Below, piece by piece: positions 1-11,359 of a stretch of DNA of 64,000 bases (position 1 is its first letter; each line of letters begins with the position of its first letter). The stretch is from Macrostomum lignano (lineage: Eukaryota). The stretch is from positions 516,520 through 580,519 of the forward strand of contig NIVC01000112.1 in the NCBI GenBank assembly GCA_002269645.1. The letters are read 5' to 3'. The notes beneath the pieces were generated by a model. That model had not been told where the DNA came from. It saw nothing but the letters and a program-made list of their open reading frames with translations, and searched no databases. A program made the position numbers and the translations under genes.

Positions 1-1758
1 GATTCGATAGATTCCATGATTGTTCCATAGATTGATTTACATGCCTATTTTGCATTAAAAACATTAAGACTTTAGTAAATATACATACATAAACATCAAA
101 TTTTTGGTATAGAGATTTAGTATATAGTGATTTTTAGATTGTAAGAATCATAGTTCTAGCATGCGAGCATACTTTGGTAGCTCATAAAACATACCGGATA
201 TTTATCGGTCGCTTTGATTGATTATGACTATGACTTATAAAGTGGGTAAAACACAAGATCGTAGTAAGTTAAAAAACTGTAAAATTTAATAACTTGAAAG
301 CAAGTTCGTCTACATATCTCAAGTTCGGACCATCAGTCCAATGCCACGAAATATTCATATCAAACAATATAACAAGCCAGTCACCCAACCCCTCTCCGCT
401 CTATAACCTGCATGGCAGGAAAGGAAAAAACCAGTGTTTTTCCACGAACCGCTCTGAGCCACATTGAAACAGTGAATAGAAACGCTTCATCACTAAAATT
501 CTGCAGTGAGGCTTGAGTTGCATTGCCAAACGATTTCGTTGTTTTTTTTACAAAAAAGCGTGCAGCAACGAAATGGGGCGTTGCCGCAAGCAAAACGGTG
601 CCGCACGCTTCTGTGGCAAAAACAAATTTACCAACGAAATCGTTAGTCAGTTAGGTAATTTTTGCTACGTCAACGCAACCGCAAATTGACGTCAAAATTG
701 GGGGTAGGCGTCTTTCAAATTGTAGGCTTCATAGCTTCAGTTTGTGTTGCCTGACGACGTCCGAGGTTATAGCCTCTGATCTCAATGCGTCGATCCAAAA
801 CTGAGAGGCGGTATCAAACTTTGGAAAATGGTGCAGAATGACATTTTCATCCAGTTTTGGAGAAAATATATGCCAGTTGCAACTCTCGGGATTTAATCTC
901 ATACCGACCTCAAACCGATAGAATATCTTATACATATCTACTCTTTCGCTCGTGTTTTGAAATAAAGGGGAAGACCTACAAGCACGATTCGAGAGTCGAT
1001 TCGTCTACAATAAAAAGGAAAGAAAGGGGCGAAGGCCGAAAATTGTCTATGGCAATCATCAACCAATGAAAAGGCACGGGGGGGAACCGGATGCAAAAGA
1101 GTCAAAAACGAAAATAGCCAGAGCCAGAATAGCAATCCATTCTATTCATTCATCCATGAGTCTTTTGCACAAAGTTACGAACTCGTAAAGTTGCGATCAA
1201 TCTTACGCATAGCTAACTTGCGAGCCCTTCGAGCAACCCGTAAGTGTAGCTTACCCAACTTACGTCTATGGTCGATCGTAAGTTGCTTTCGAGAAAGACC
1301 CCCCAGTGCTCAGCATCTCTCAAGGTCTTCCTTTTTCGGCCATGTTTAATTATTTGCGTCGTCCATGCAGACTCTCAGATGGCTGGTGAATATTGATCAG
1401 ATCTATAAAAGAGTGTTTATGCATTGTTTGAATTCATTAACTGATAATAGAAACCACCTCCTCATACCAACTAAAATAAATTCAACAAAACTACAGCCAA
1501 GTAAAGTTTCGTGTTCGTGCATAACCAACCCACTTAATTTAACGCAGGGGTATCCCTATAATAACTCAGGAGATTATAAGACGAATACAAGTTGTATTAT
1601 AAATCAACTACTTTAGGACCGACTGAAACGACTAACAATGCTTTTTGAAATAAAAAACAACGTATATTACCAGTACAGACGTAACTATATGCATAACAAT
1701 GCTAAAATGTCATCTGTTGGGTTGAGTATGAATCTTTTGACGTGTATCTCAATAGCAA

Positions 1759-2040
1759 GGGAGTTGTAACCTAGTACTTAGAGCGTCGGAATCACGACTT
1801 GAAGGTCAGGGGTTCGATTCCTGATCTAGCTGGAACAATTAGTGTCCAAAAACCACTAGGAAAACTTCCTTGTTAGTGTCCTTGAGCAAGACACTTAACT
1901 CTCCATTGCTTCAGTTCACCCAGCTGTAAAATGGGTGCCAGTATTAGTAATTAATCCCAGTCCTTGGACTGAACAGCCGTACGCAGCCTTCAGATGCGCC
2001 GCGCAATAGCTGCGGCTGAGCTGTCGTTTGTACATCTGGC
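1759..2040 (+). mobile_element. tRNA-derived SINE with CORE/MIR-like central domain
   Basis: tRNA-like head with degenerate A box and B box GGTTCGATTCC (1811-1821). The block GTGTCCTTGAGCAAGACACTTAAC...CAGCTGTAAAATGGG (1876-1935) closely resembles the MIR/CORE consensus. Interrupted at its 3' end by a LINE fragment. Confidence 0.75.
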
Positions 2041-2663
2041 CCTTTGACTTACTTTACTTAGCTGCATGGTGGTCCGTAGACACAGCGGGGAGGCGAGGGT
2101 CGCCCATTCCGCCAGCCCCCGAAGGCCCGCAGACAGGCAGAGGCGTGGGGCCGGTCAGGGTGGTCCGCCGGTCCTTCCTGCAGCTTTGATCTTCCGTAGG
2201 GAAGAAAGTGGCTCGTCTCGTCGCCCGGAGGAACTGGATGAGCCGTGGGATGCTGTCGGGCTGGCAGACCTCGTCAATAGACGGGTTTGGCCAGAGGTAG
2301 CGTAGCCGGTCTCTGGTAAAGAAAGGGCAGTGACAGACAAAGTGCTGAGCATCTTCATTGTCGCACTCGCTAAAACGGCAAAGTTCACTCACGAGGTCGC
2401 CTCGAAGGAAGCAGTGTCTGGCGAGTTAGCCATGGCCCGTAAAAATCATGACAAAGACTCGAATGTCCTTCCGATTTTGGTTCGTGATTGACAGCATTTC
2501 TGGGTCCCTGTGAAGGGAATCAGCCCAGTCATAGATCTGACGATTGATGACCGTAGAAGGGATAGGGACCAGAGGCTCAGGGTCTAGGAAGAGCCAGAGC
2601 CGCCCCTTTTGGCGAGGGTGTCTGCCAACTCGCTCCTCAGAAACCTCCTCGGATTTAGCCTGT
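2041..2663 (-). mobile_element. 5'-truncated non-LTR retrotransposon (LOA/Lian-like; RNase H end plus C-terminal Cys/His knuckle), copy 1
   Basis: Minus strand reads ADTLAKRGGSGSS*TPEPLVPI...GHG...HFVCHCP...LRATRR with stops. Short AAGT-type 3' tail. 10-bp target-site duplication TACATCTGGC at 2031-2040 and 2664-2673. Confidence 0.85.
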
Positions 2664-3113
2664 TACATCTGGCTAAATCGGGGCGGATGAAATTAATTAC
2701 GAGCGTATTAATATTGTTATTACTTAATAGCCAGTAAATAATATACAAGTAAGCAAATAGAAATAGCTGTAAGTTACCATTGCCAGCGACAATCTAGACC
2801 AAACATGCCGATCAACTACTTGATCCCGTCTTTCTCCAACCACAACAGTCGTGTTCAGTTGGCGCTAAGTCGTCGCAGATGTGGGTGCTGAAGCAGATTC
2901 ACTCTTACGCTCGTAGATGTAGTTGAAGCAGGCATCACCGTCTCCAACATGATGCTTCAGTATACTCCAATATTGAAAACCGCGGCCAAGCAGCAGTGAA
3001 AGAGCAATTGACTTCACTCTTCGGGTTACGAATTGTTTCTTTCCATCTATTTCCTACACATATTTGCTCAGCATGTGAGTAAAAATGCATTAGAAACTTA
3101 CGAATCTTGTATC

Positions 3114-3806
3114 CAAGGCCGACTTAAGTAGAAGGACGGGAAAGCTTGTTTCTTAGAAAATTTTAGAAGGCAGGTCTTCCTGAAAAATACACTACGGAGA
3201 TAGGAGTTTTCATTTTTTCAGCACAAAAGTTGCTATTGCTTTTGATAGGAGGCAGATCCAGTGTTTACCTTTTGATATGCTGTGCCTTTCTTATAGCTCT
3301 ATTGATATTTATAAAGCTTTTCGTTCAGAAAATTAAATTTCTATGTTAAATTTTTATTCTACGTATATTTCCTGTATCTAAAAATCACAAAAATGTATGA
3401 CACAGCTTTAATATTTGGTTTTATGAATCTATTTTATCATCTGTTACAAATATTTGTTACACAGTCAGCTAAGAATTATAAAATAGACTCATAAAACCAA
3501 AAAGCCGAGCCGTGGCATTTAATGTATTTCAGGCTCAAGACGCGTGAAAATATACGTAGAATAAAAAATTAACATAGAATCCAAATTTTCTGAACGAAAA
3601 GCCTTATGAATATCGATAGAGCAATAAGAAAGGCACAATATATCAAAAAATGAACACTGGATCTGCCTCCTATCAAAAGCAATAGCAATTTTTGTGCTGA
3701 AAAAATGAAAAATTCCTATCTCCGTAGTGTATTTTTTTCGGGAAAACCTGCCTTAAAAATTTTCTAAGAAACGAGGTTTCCCGTCCTTCTACTTAAGTCG
3801 TCCTTG
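3114..3806. mobile_element. MITE/foldback DNA transposon with long imperfect TIRs (CAAGG...CCTTG), copy 1
   Basis: Both arms are long reverse complements of each other. Perfect 8-bp TSD CTTGTATC at 3106-3113 and 3807-3814. Confidence 0.92.
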
Positions 3807-4489
3807 CTTGTATCTCGTACTACTTATTGCATATTCGTCGGTCGCAAATATGGTTAGATTACTTATAAAGGTAAGGTAAGGCTCAAGTTTTTAGTTAAAT
3901 AGCAATAAACTTTCATTCTCTAGAAATATTTCACGAAAGAAAATTAGTCTGTAGTAAAAGCCCCGATGTCGCTCCCAGCTTTAGAGCACATAAGGAGTTG
4001 CTTGAGTTGCTTCAAGTCGAATTGAATGGATATTCGATATATTTTCAGCCAATTCACGGTAAAGACGGTATGGCAGTAAACACAGAAAGATCAGAAAAGT
4101 GAACTTGGCACATGCCAGAGCAACTTCAATACATGTATACCTTCTTCCACATTAAGGTTTGTCTATGGCCAATCCTACTTCATACTGCATCTCCACCCAG
4201 AAAGCTCAGTCTCGGTTGGCATCAAGATTAACTCGTAGAAGTTACGCCTAAGTAATAGTGAAGAGCACCCACGACCACAGAATATAGACAGAATGCCCGT
4301 TCGGCTGTCGTGGAATGTTTGGAAATTAATATGCAAACAAACTACTTTTGTGGTGAAGCGGAGCAGTAGTTATGAAAACTCGATATGCAAATGTATATTT
4401 ATAATATATGTAGACTCTGCGTATGATTCTATAAACTTAGATACTGCTTCAGAATTTAAAATTAACAGGTTTGGCAGTGCCTAGGCTGA

Positions 4490-5176
4490 TTAATGATTGA
4501 TTCCAGGCTTTCCTAGTTCTACTTGAGCCACAGCAACGATATCTGCCCAGTTTGCAGTTTTTCGAGTGCCGCTATAATCAAATTCAATGCAATGCTTATG
4601 CAGAGCATTTCGCATGTTCTTTAAGCAATGAGGAACATCGATGAAAGCTGGAATCAGTGACTGAACTCCGTCTACTTCGATGCACACGGAAGGGCGATCA
4701 GGATTCGCACCTAACTGTCGCAAGCACTGCCACTGAGTAGACTCCTGGTCACACACGATGCCGGAAAGCGTGAGTCCCATTCTTTTAACTGCAGCGGTAA
4801 GGTTCTGCTCTTTCTTTGTACAGCTGGAGCGTCGGGTATGCCGTGGGCATCAGTCTGACCCCAGGCTCATGTCTCTGGTCAGGACACACGTACATGCTGT
4901 CGGGAAAATGGTGGCTGCACACGACAGCGTTCTTCCACCTCGCTTCGTTTTTCTTGCCCAAGAGGTCTGATCGGAAAATGCGCCGAGCCCAATCTTCACA
5001 CCTACAGTAGTTAGGTTTCAGTGAATGACTGTGTGGCAATAGCAGGCAAGTCACGCATGTACATGAACATACCTTTCACGGTTTGCTGGGAAACGATGAA
5101 ATCTCGTTTGTGCAGGACATTTGTTTGCGTAATTCTGGCAGCCATGAGCAGCGCATTGCCTTCTTGATGCTGTCAT
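4490..5176 (-). mobile_element. Internally deleted THAP9/P-element-like transposase relic
   Basis: Exon 5176-5073 (MTASRRQCAAHGCQN...FHRFP) splices across a 71-nt phase-2 GT-AG intron (5072-5002) to RCEDW...VCSHHF...AYPTL, giving a complete C2CH THAP finger. After a frameshift near 4830 it continues as GLTLSGIVCDQ...FIDVPHCLKNMRN, P-element transposase core motifs, and stops at 4490. Confidence 0.85.
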
Positions 5177-7389
5177 AATGTTACAGTTGTCTCTGTTAAT
5201 GCCTTCGTTGCTGCCAATCACTGCCTTATTAATGTCAGTAGCAGCAGCCGCTGTCACAGAATATACTGTATATTCTATGGCATCGGCTGCTGCTACTCGC
5301 AGTCTCAGTCGTCTATGGCAGAACCTTTCCGAGCCGCATACGAGTAAGTATAAGTGACTACTATCTTTCTTCATCACAAAAGTAGCTAAATATGCTAATA
5401 CTTTTTGCGGCAGATTTTTCTGCGAGAGGGCTGATCGGCCATTCTGTCTATATTCTGTGCCCACGACTGTGAAACAACCCCCAGAGGACCGTGCATCACT
5501 GCTGTGGTTACTTTATGCGTGAGCGCCGGTGGCAGGTGCTGGGTTGGGTTGTTTTGATGTCTCTCACTCTCGCTGAATGTACTTTGCAAGCGCGGGGTGG
5601 GGTTTGGGTGAGTCAGCTGATCGATAATAAAATATCGATAAAGTTTCAGTATAAGCTGGCTTTTCGGCCTGCAACGTTGTTTTTTGGCTTTCGTGTCGCA
5701 ATCTCGTAAAGTTCAGACTTCTGACTACTTGACTTTATTTCACTCCGCTTACACGGAGCGAATCCACGGATAACTCACTGATGCAGACTACTTTGATGAT
5801 ACTTTGATCTTGTTTGTTTTTTGCTGGAAGTGAAATGTAAATGATTTGATTCCACTCCATCAATGCCTCCCATTGTTTACCTAAATAAGAAATCGCCTCA
5901 CGGAAGTGGTCGGAGGGGTTTAGTACTTTGAGTTTGAGCTCAGTGGTATCGTATCATTCGGCGATGAAGCATTGGAGAGTGTTCGGAGCCCTATTTTGCA
6001 TCTATCTCTTTGCAGCGAGTAGATGTTACGTAATAAAACTGCCTTTGAGTTCGATACAGGTTCCCAGACGAAACGATGAGATAACCAAACGGAAAACATA
6101 GCTCGGATTCACAGAGTTCTTAATATTTGAAATCTGGGGAGCAGTCTAATCTGACATTTACAATAAATACATAGATAATGATGCAAGGATCTTTAAAACA
6201 TTTAAAATTGTTTCGATTTATTGAGAAATATCCCTTTTTAGACCTTTTTGGGTCTCAGCATGGTCGGCGAAAAACTACCATGGGATTACTGTAGAACTGC
6301 TCGGAGATTTGTGGCCATCTGCTCAGGGATTGTGAGAAACAGTGCTGGTAAACCATAGCTGGTGAGCCATTGCTAAACTTCTGATAAACCGTTTCTAAAC
6401 CGTTGGTGAACCGTAGCCAAATTGTGGGTGAGCCATTGCTAAACTGCTGGTGAACCATCACTAAATTTTTGGTGAACCATTGAAGGTAATTTTGAACTGC
6501 CGAGTGTGCATAAAAAGTGTTTCGAAATGTCATTCGAATACATTGGGTTGTTCAAACTGCTACACCACTGAATGTAATACGAATCTGATGATGATACAGT
6601 CTTTTGTAGTCAAGATATTTAGTCTGTGAAGGTGTGACAGCATGAAGGAATCTCTGACTTTTCAAAGCTGCATAAGTTTAGGCTGCAAACTCCTGAGGGT
6701 ACTGCTCATGCTAAATATGCCAATAATGCCAGTGCTTTGTCGCAAATGCATCTCTGACATCAATAGCCCCAGCAACAGCGCTGCGGTGTGCAGGACGCCT
6801 GGCAGAACAGCCCGTGCCGATACCAGCATGCAAAACTTTGGGTTCGCTGAATTGACGATAAACAAATTCCCTTGGAAGATAGACACAAATCAGCTTTAAA
6901 GTCCCGGGATCTCTGTCAACCTGACAGAAAATTTATGGGCCAAAATATGCTGGGACCGAAAAAGCTTCCATGCGACGCAAGTCTGCAAGTGTGTGAGCGA
7001 ACTCACAAGACTCGTAGGTAGAGTTCGGTAGTTTTCCAGACAATAACAGCTTCAACTCTCAAGCTCAACTGCTCAAGACTTGCTTATGCTGTTCTTGAGG
7101 CCACCTATTGTGAGTCTGACACTGAAGAGCCGCTTTTAATTACTGCTGCCTCAAGGCTAGGTAGCATTGAGTTGAGAAGGGGCCGTGAGAGAATTAATAT
7201 CAGATATGTGGTTGCTGAAATTAAAATGGCAGCTACTGCATGCATCTTTCGTTCTTTCTTTGAATGCAATTTGGACCATGAGGCAAAAGCATTCAAATTT
7301 CAACCCCCTATCGAGTCTTGAGAGCACGTTTTTTGGGGCTTCTGTTTTGCAGGTAAGCAAAAACGTGCCCCCGCCCCAGTTTGCGGGTC

Positions 7390-7395
7390 TATAAA
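7390..7395 (+). promoter_or_regulatory. TATA box of Arg-rich peptide gene 1
   Basis: TATAAA ending 87 nt upstream of ATG 7483. The paralogue has an equivalent TATAAA at a similar distance. Confidence 0.6.
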
Positions 7396-7482
7396 TTCGA
7401 CCACCTCGAGCTCAAAACGGCCCCCAAGACCCAAGACGGGATCAACTTTGCAAAGCGAATCTCTCTGAATTCAGCAGCAGCC

Positions 7483-7782
7483 ATGAAGTGGCAGTTCGCT
7501 CTCGGTCTCCTCCTGTGCGTGGCGCTGGCGGTCTACGCCAGCCCGGCTGAGCACAAAGAAGACGACGAAGACTTTGAAAAGGTGGCCTCCGCCCTGGCCG
7601 ACATGGCCGAGCCCGATCTGGCCGAATCCGACGAGGACGCGGATCCGGAAGAGAAGTTTAGGATTCGGTTCGGCAGGCGTCGCTACTTCCGCAGGCGCTA
7701 CTTCCGCAGGCGCAACTTCCGCAGGCGCTACTTCCGCATCCGCAGGCGCTTCTTCCGCAGGCGCTACCACTTCTATGGCTAA
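7483..7782 (+). CDS. Secreted prepropeptide 1: signal peptide, acidic propiece, Arg/Phe/Tyr-rich cationic peptide with C-terminal Gly (candidate amidated antimicrobial peptide)
   Basis: 99 aa, starting at the internal ATG (context GCAGCCATG) rather than the track start 7381. MKWQFALGLLLCVALAVYA / SPAEHKEDD...DPEEK / FRIRFGRRRYFRRRYFRRRNFRRRYFRIRRRFFRRRYHFYG*. GC-rich codon-like composition in AT-rich flanks. TATA upstream, AATAAA at 8026-8031. Confidence 0.88.
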   Translation: MKWQFALGLLLCVALAVYASPAEHKEDDEDFEKVASALADMAEPDLAESDEDADPEEKFRIRFGRRRYFRRRYFRRRNFRRRYFRIRRRFFRRRYHFYG

Positions 7783-9254
7783 ACGAAGCGGACCGTCTTC
7801 TGAATTATCGCCTTGGACAATATGGCTAATCTTTCTTTACTGATAATGTACACTTAATCAACAAAAAAATTTACTATATAATATCAGCTTAAGTGATTGT
7901 TGAACATCGTGAACTTTGAGAATCTGCCAGGCAGAAAATACACTTGGAATTTCATCGTTCGCAGTTTGCAAGCTAGCTCGTAATTATTAAGCATTGTTTT
8001 TTTAACTTTTTTAACTTTTAGTTAAAATAAATATTTAGCAGCAGGGTAACAGACTTCAGCATCTTTCTCACTTTTCTGTTTCCGATCGTGCTTAAGTTGC
8101 GTCACTCAAAACTGAGTCAGAAATCAATACTGAGCTGGAATTTACTGCGCACTTTCAAAGGTGGCGACTTTTTAATGTTGTTGAGTATATATGCTTCCTC
8201 TATTGCAGACTCGGGTCGCCTTTGAAAAATATTGGTAAATATTTATCAGATCTATAAAATAGTGTTGACGCATTGTTTAAATCTATTTATTAATTTAGGA
8301 AATTATTTAGTATATTGTGACTAGCGCACTAAGCCCACCATTTTCCAAATTTGCCAAGTAAGTCTGAAGTAATTGAACCCTTTAGCAACTGCCCCCATCT
8401 GCAACTGCGCCACCCTCTGTGTTCTAAAATAACACAAACAAAATCAGAGCAGTGGCAAATGGGCAGAGCAGAGCAAGATGGGGATTGTGAAAAAAGGCTT
8501 GTTTCGTCCGCAAACACATCGCATTTCAGGCCAGCAGCTTTATAACCCCCTCTATTTCATCGATCGTCTATCAGACTGGTAAACGATAAAACTCAATCAA
8601 CACCACAAATTGCGAGTCATAAAACGCCTTAGCTATTGTGAATGTACATTCTACACTGTACATTGGCCAAGGTGAGACCTAAATGATTGAACTGAACAAT
8701 TAAATTCAAACGGAGCGTTAAGCGTGAAAGCGTTAAAAACATCTTTTTCGAATATTTGACCCCACTAGTCATAATAGGAATTTTTCATCAAAAAAGTTAT
8801 GCATGATCGTTGAAGAATTCGATATTTAAAGAGAAAGCCAAAAATCAACATGTAGGTTGTTACGACGCGTTTTGCACACGTTAGGTGCATCGTCAGGCAT
8901 ATGGTTTGAAACGAGAGAACTTCATTAACAGCTTTCTCTCGTTTCAAACAATCAAGCTCGTAGCTCCACCTCGTCGAATCTATAAATCCGAAATCTGGGA
9001 GCTTTCGCTTACCTACAAAACAGAGCCCCAAGAAGTCAAGCCAAATTTGGGTGAGCTGGTTAAGAGAATACTCAGCCCCTCAGGTAGTCTGCATGCTCAA
9101 TGCGACCTAGCCTTGAGACAGCGGCAATGAAGAGTCGGTCTTTCCAGTGCCAGGCTCACAATGGGGTGGGGGTTCAGACTCAAATAAACAGTTCTTGAGC
9201 CTAACAGTAGAGCTTTTATTCTTGAGAGACTGCAGAACTCTTTCACATATCGCC

Positions 9255-10545
9255 TGCAGCGCTAATGACTGCCTGAGGCGCTAATGACTGCCAGCAGCGC
9301 TAAACTGAGTGACTGCCGCGCTAAAATGAGTGGCTGCGGCGCTAAAATGACTGCCTGCAGCGCTAATGACTGCCAGCAGCGCTAAAATGAGTGCCTGCGG
9401 CGCTAAAATGAGTGCCTGCCGCGCTAAAATGAGTGGCTGCGGCGCTAAACTGAGTGCCTGCAGCGCTAAAATGAGTGCCTGCGGCGCTAAAATGAGTGCC
9501 TGCGGCGCTAAAATGAGTGCCTGCCGCGCTAAAATGAGTGGCTGCGGCGCTAAACTGAGTGCCTGCAGCGCTAAAATGAGTGCCTGCGGCGCTAAAATGA
9601 GTGCCTGCGGCGCTAAAATGAGTGCCTGCCGCGCTAAAATGAGTGGCTGCGGCGCTAAACTGAGTGCCTGCAGCGCTAAAATGAGTGCCTGCGGCGCTAA
9701 AATGAGTGCCTGCGGCGCTAAAATGAGTGCCTGCCGCGCTAAAATGAGTGGCTGCGGCGCTAAACTGAGTGCCTGCAGCGCTAAAATGACTGCCAGCAGC
9801 GCTAAAATGAGTGCCTGCGGCGCTAAAATGAGTGCCTGCCGCGCTAAAATGAGTGGCTGCGGCGCTAAACTGAGTGCCTGCAGCGCTAAAATGAGTGCCT
9901 GCGGCGCTAAAATGAGTGCCTGCGGCGCTAATGACTGCCAGCAGCGCTAAAATGAGTGCCTGCGGCGCTAATGACTGCCAGCAGCGCTAAAATGAGTGCC
10001 TGCGGCGCTAAAATGAGTGCCTGCGGCGCTAAAATGAGTGCCTGCCGCGCTAAAATGAGTGGCTGCGGCGCTAAACTGAGTGCCTGCAGCGCTAAAATGA
10101 GTGCCTGCGGCGCTAAAATGAGTGCCTGCGGCGCTAATGACTGCCAGCAGCGCTAAAATGAGTGCCTGCGGCGCTAATGACTGCCAGCAGCGCTAAAATG
10201 AGTGCCTGCGGCGCAAAAATGAGTGGCTGCGGTGCTAAACTGAGTGCCTGCAGCGCTAAAATGAGTGGCTGCGGCGCTAAAATGAGTGCCTGCCGCGCTA
10301 AAATGAGTGGCTGCGGTGCTAAACTGAGTGCCTGCAGCGCTAAAATGAGTGCCTGCGGTGCTAAAATGAATGCTTGTGGCGCTAAAATGAGTGTCTGTGG
10401 CGCTAAAATGAGTGCCTGCGGCGCTAAAATGAATGCTTGTGGCGCTAAAATGAATGCTTGTGGCGCTAAAATGAGTGCCTGCGGCGCTAAAATGAATGCT
10501 TGTGGCGCTAAAATGAGTGGCTGCGGCGCTAAAATGAGTGCTGAC
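9255..10545. repeat. 21-bp minisatellite (GCGCTAAAATGAGTGCCTGCG) with 5-unit higher-order repeat
   Basis: Roughly 60 tandem units read directly from the sequence. Variant order recurs every 5 units. Confidence 0.95.
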
Positions 10546-11359
10546 AACACCGATTCTGAAAATAATCTGTACATGATAATGTGCATTTCCCATATAAAAA
10601 ATCCAACTCGATGGGGGGCGTGCGCCCTCCCCCCCCCCTAAATCCGCCACTGAACCTGGCCCCCCACTTTTTGAAACGTTCCTACGCCTACGATATTAAT
10701 TTTATTCAAGCAACATTGCAGAGCTTGATGTGATGCTAACAGCAAACCAATAGCTGACCAAATTAAATGCCACTGTGTCAGCCTTGCTACCATAGACAAA
10801 AGCTCCATTACTTTACCAACCGTGTCTTACATTAAATTAAATTTATCGCACGTAGGCCCTAATGGGCTGCAAAAGCTATAGTAAAAGTGTTTATCATATT
10901 TCAGAGGGACTCTGAACGATTGAATACAAACATACTAAAAATCAATTCGAACTCTTGATCAAAGAGAACAGTCGAGTCTTCGCACAATCTCTGATTTAGC
11001 ATGCCAGATCATCCAATCTAGGACACGGAATTCGCCTTCTCGGCGTGCAAGCCATCTTCAAATTCAATAAATAAAAACAAGATCTGCTGAGAGTAGCCCG
11101 TACGAGTTACCTGTACTTAAAATAAGAGTAGGAATAGCAAAGTAAGTGTACGCTCGTGTATTACCATTCTTTTTGTATAAATCAGCTGCATTGACACGAC
11201 AAGCTCATGCGATGGTGAAACATGCTCTTTTCGGTATTGATAATTTTGCAAATGCAATACTTGTATCGATAATTCTACAAAGTACTACATACTGTGGAGA
11301 GCATATAGTATTACTCAGTACAATCAGTTCCGTTGCGGACAGTCCAGTGGCGGCCACAA

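Noticed and set aside
529-1310. Short inverted repeats (529-541/632-644; about 1160-1305) as small MITEs
   Set aside because: The arms are short or degenerate, with no TSD and no second copy in the window.
1759-1830. tRNA gene
   Set aside because: A B box is present but the acceptor stem and A box are degenerate, and the sequence runs into a CORE-like block. It is a SINE head.
4475-5501. CAGTG/CACTG as terminal inverted repeats of the THAP element
   Set aside because: Only 5 bp match and there is no target-site duplication.
7040-7321. Stop-free frame TITASTLKLNCSRLAYAVLEATYC...FQPPIES after an AG acceptor
   Set aside because: No recognisable domain and no partner exon could be joined. It overlaps the promoter of peptide gene 1.
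9366-10650. Cys/Ala-rich repetitive ORFs (AKMSACG)n resembling antifreeze or metallothionein-like proteins
   Set aside because: Open on both strands and in several frames, interrupted by unit deletions, with no signal peptide or splice context. These are translations of a minisatellite.
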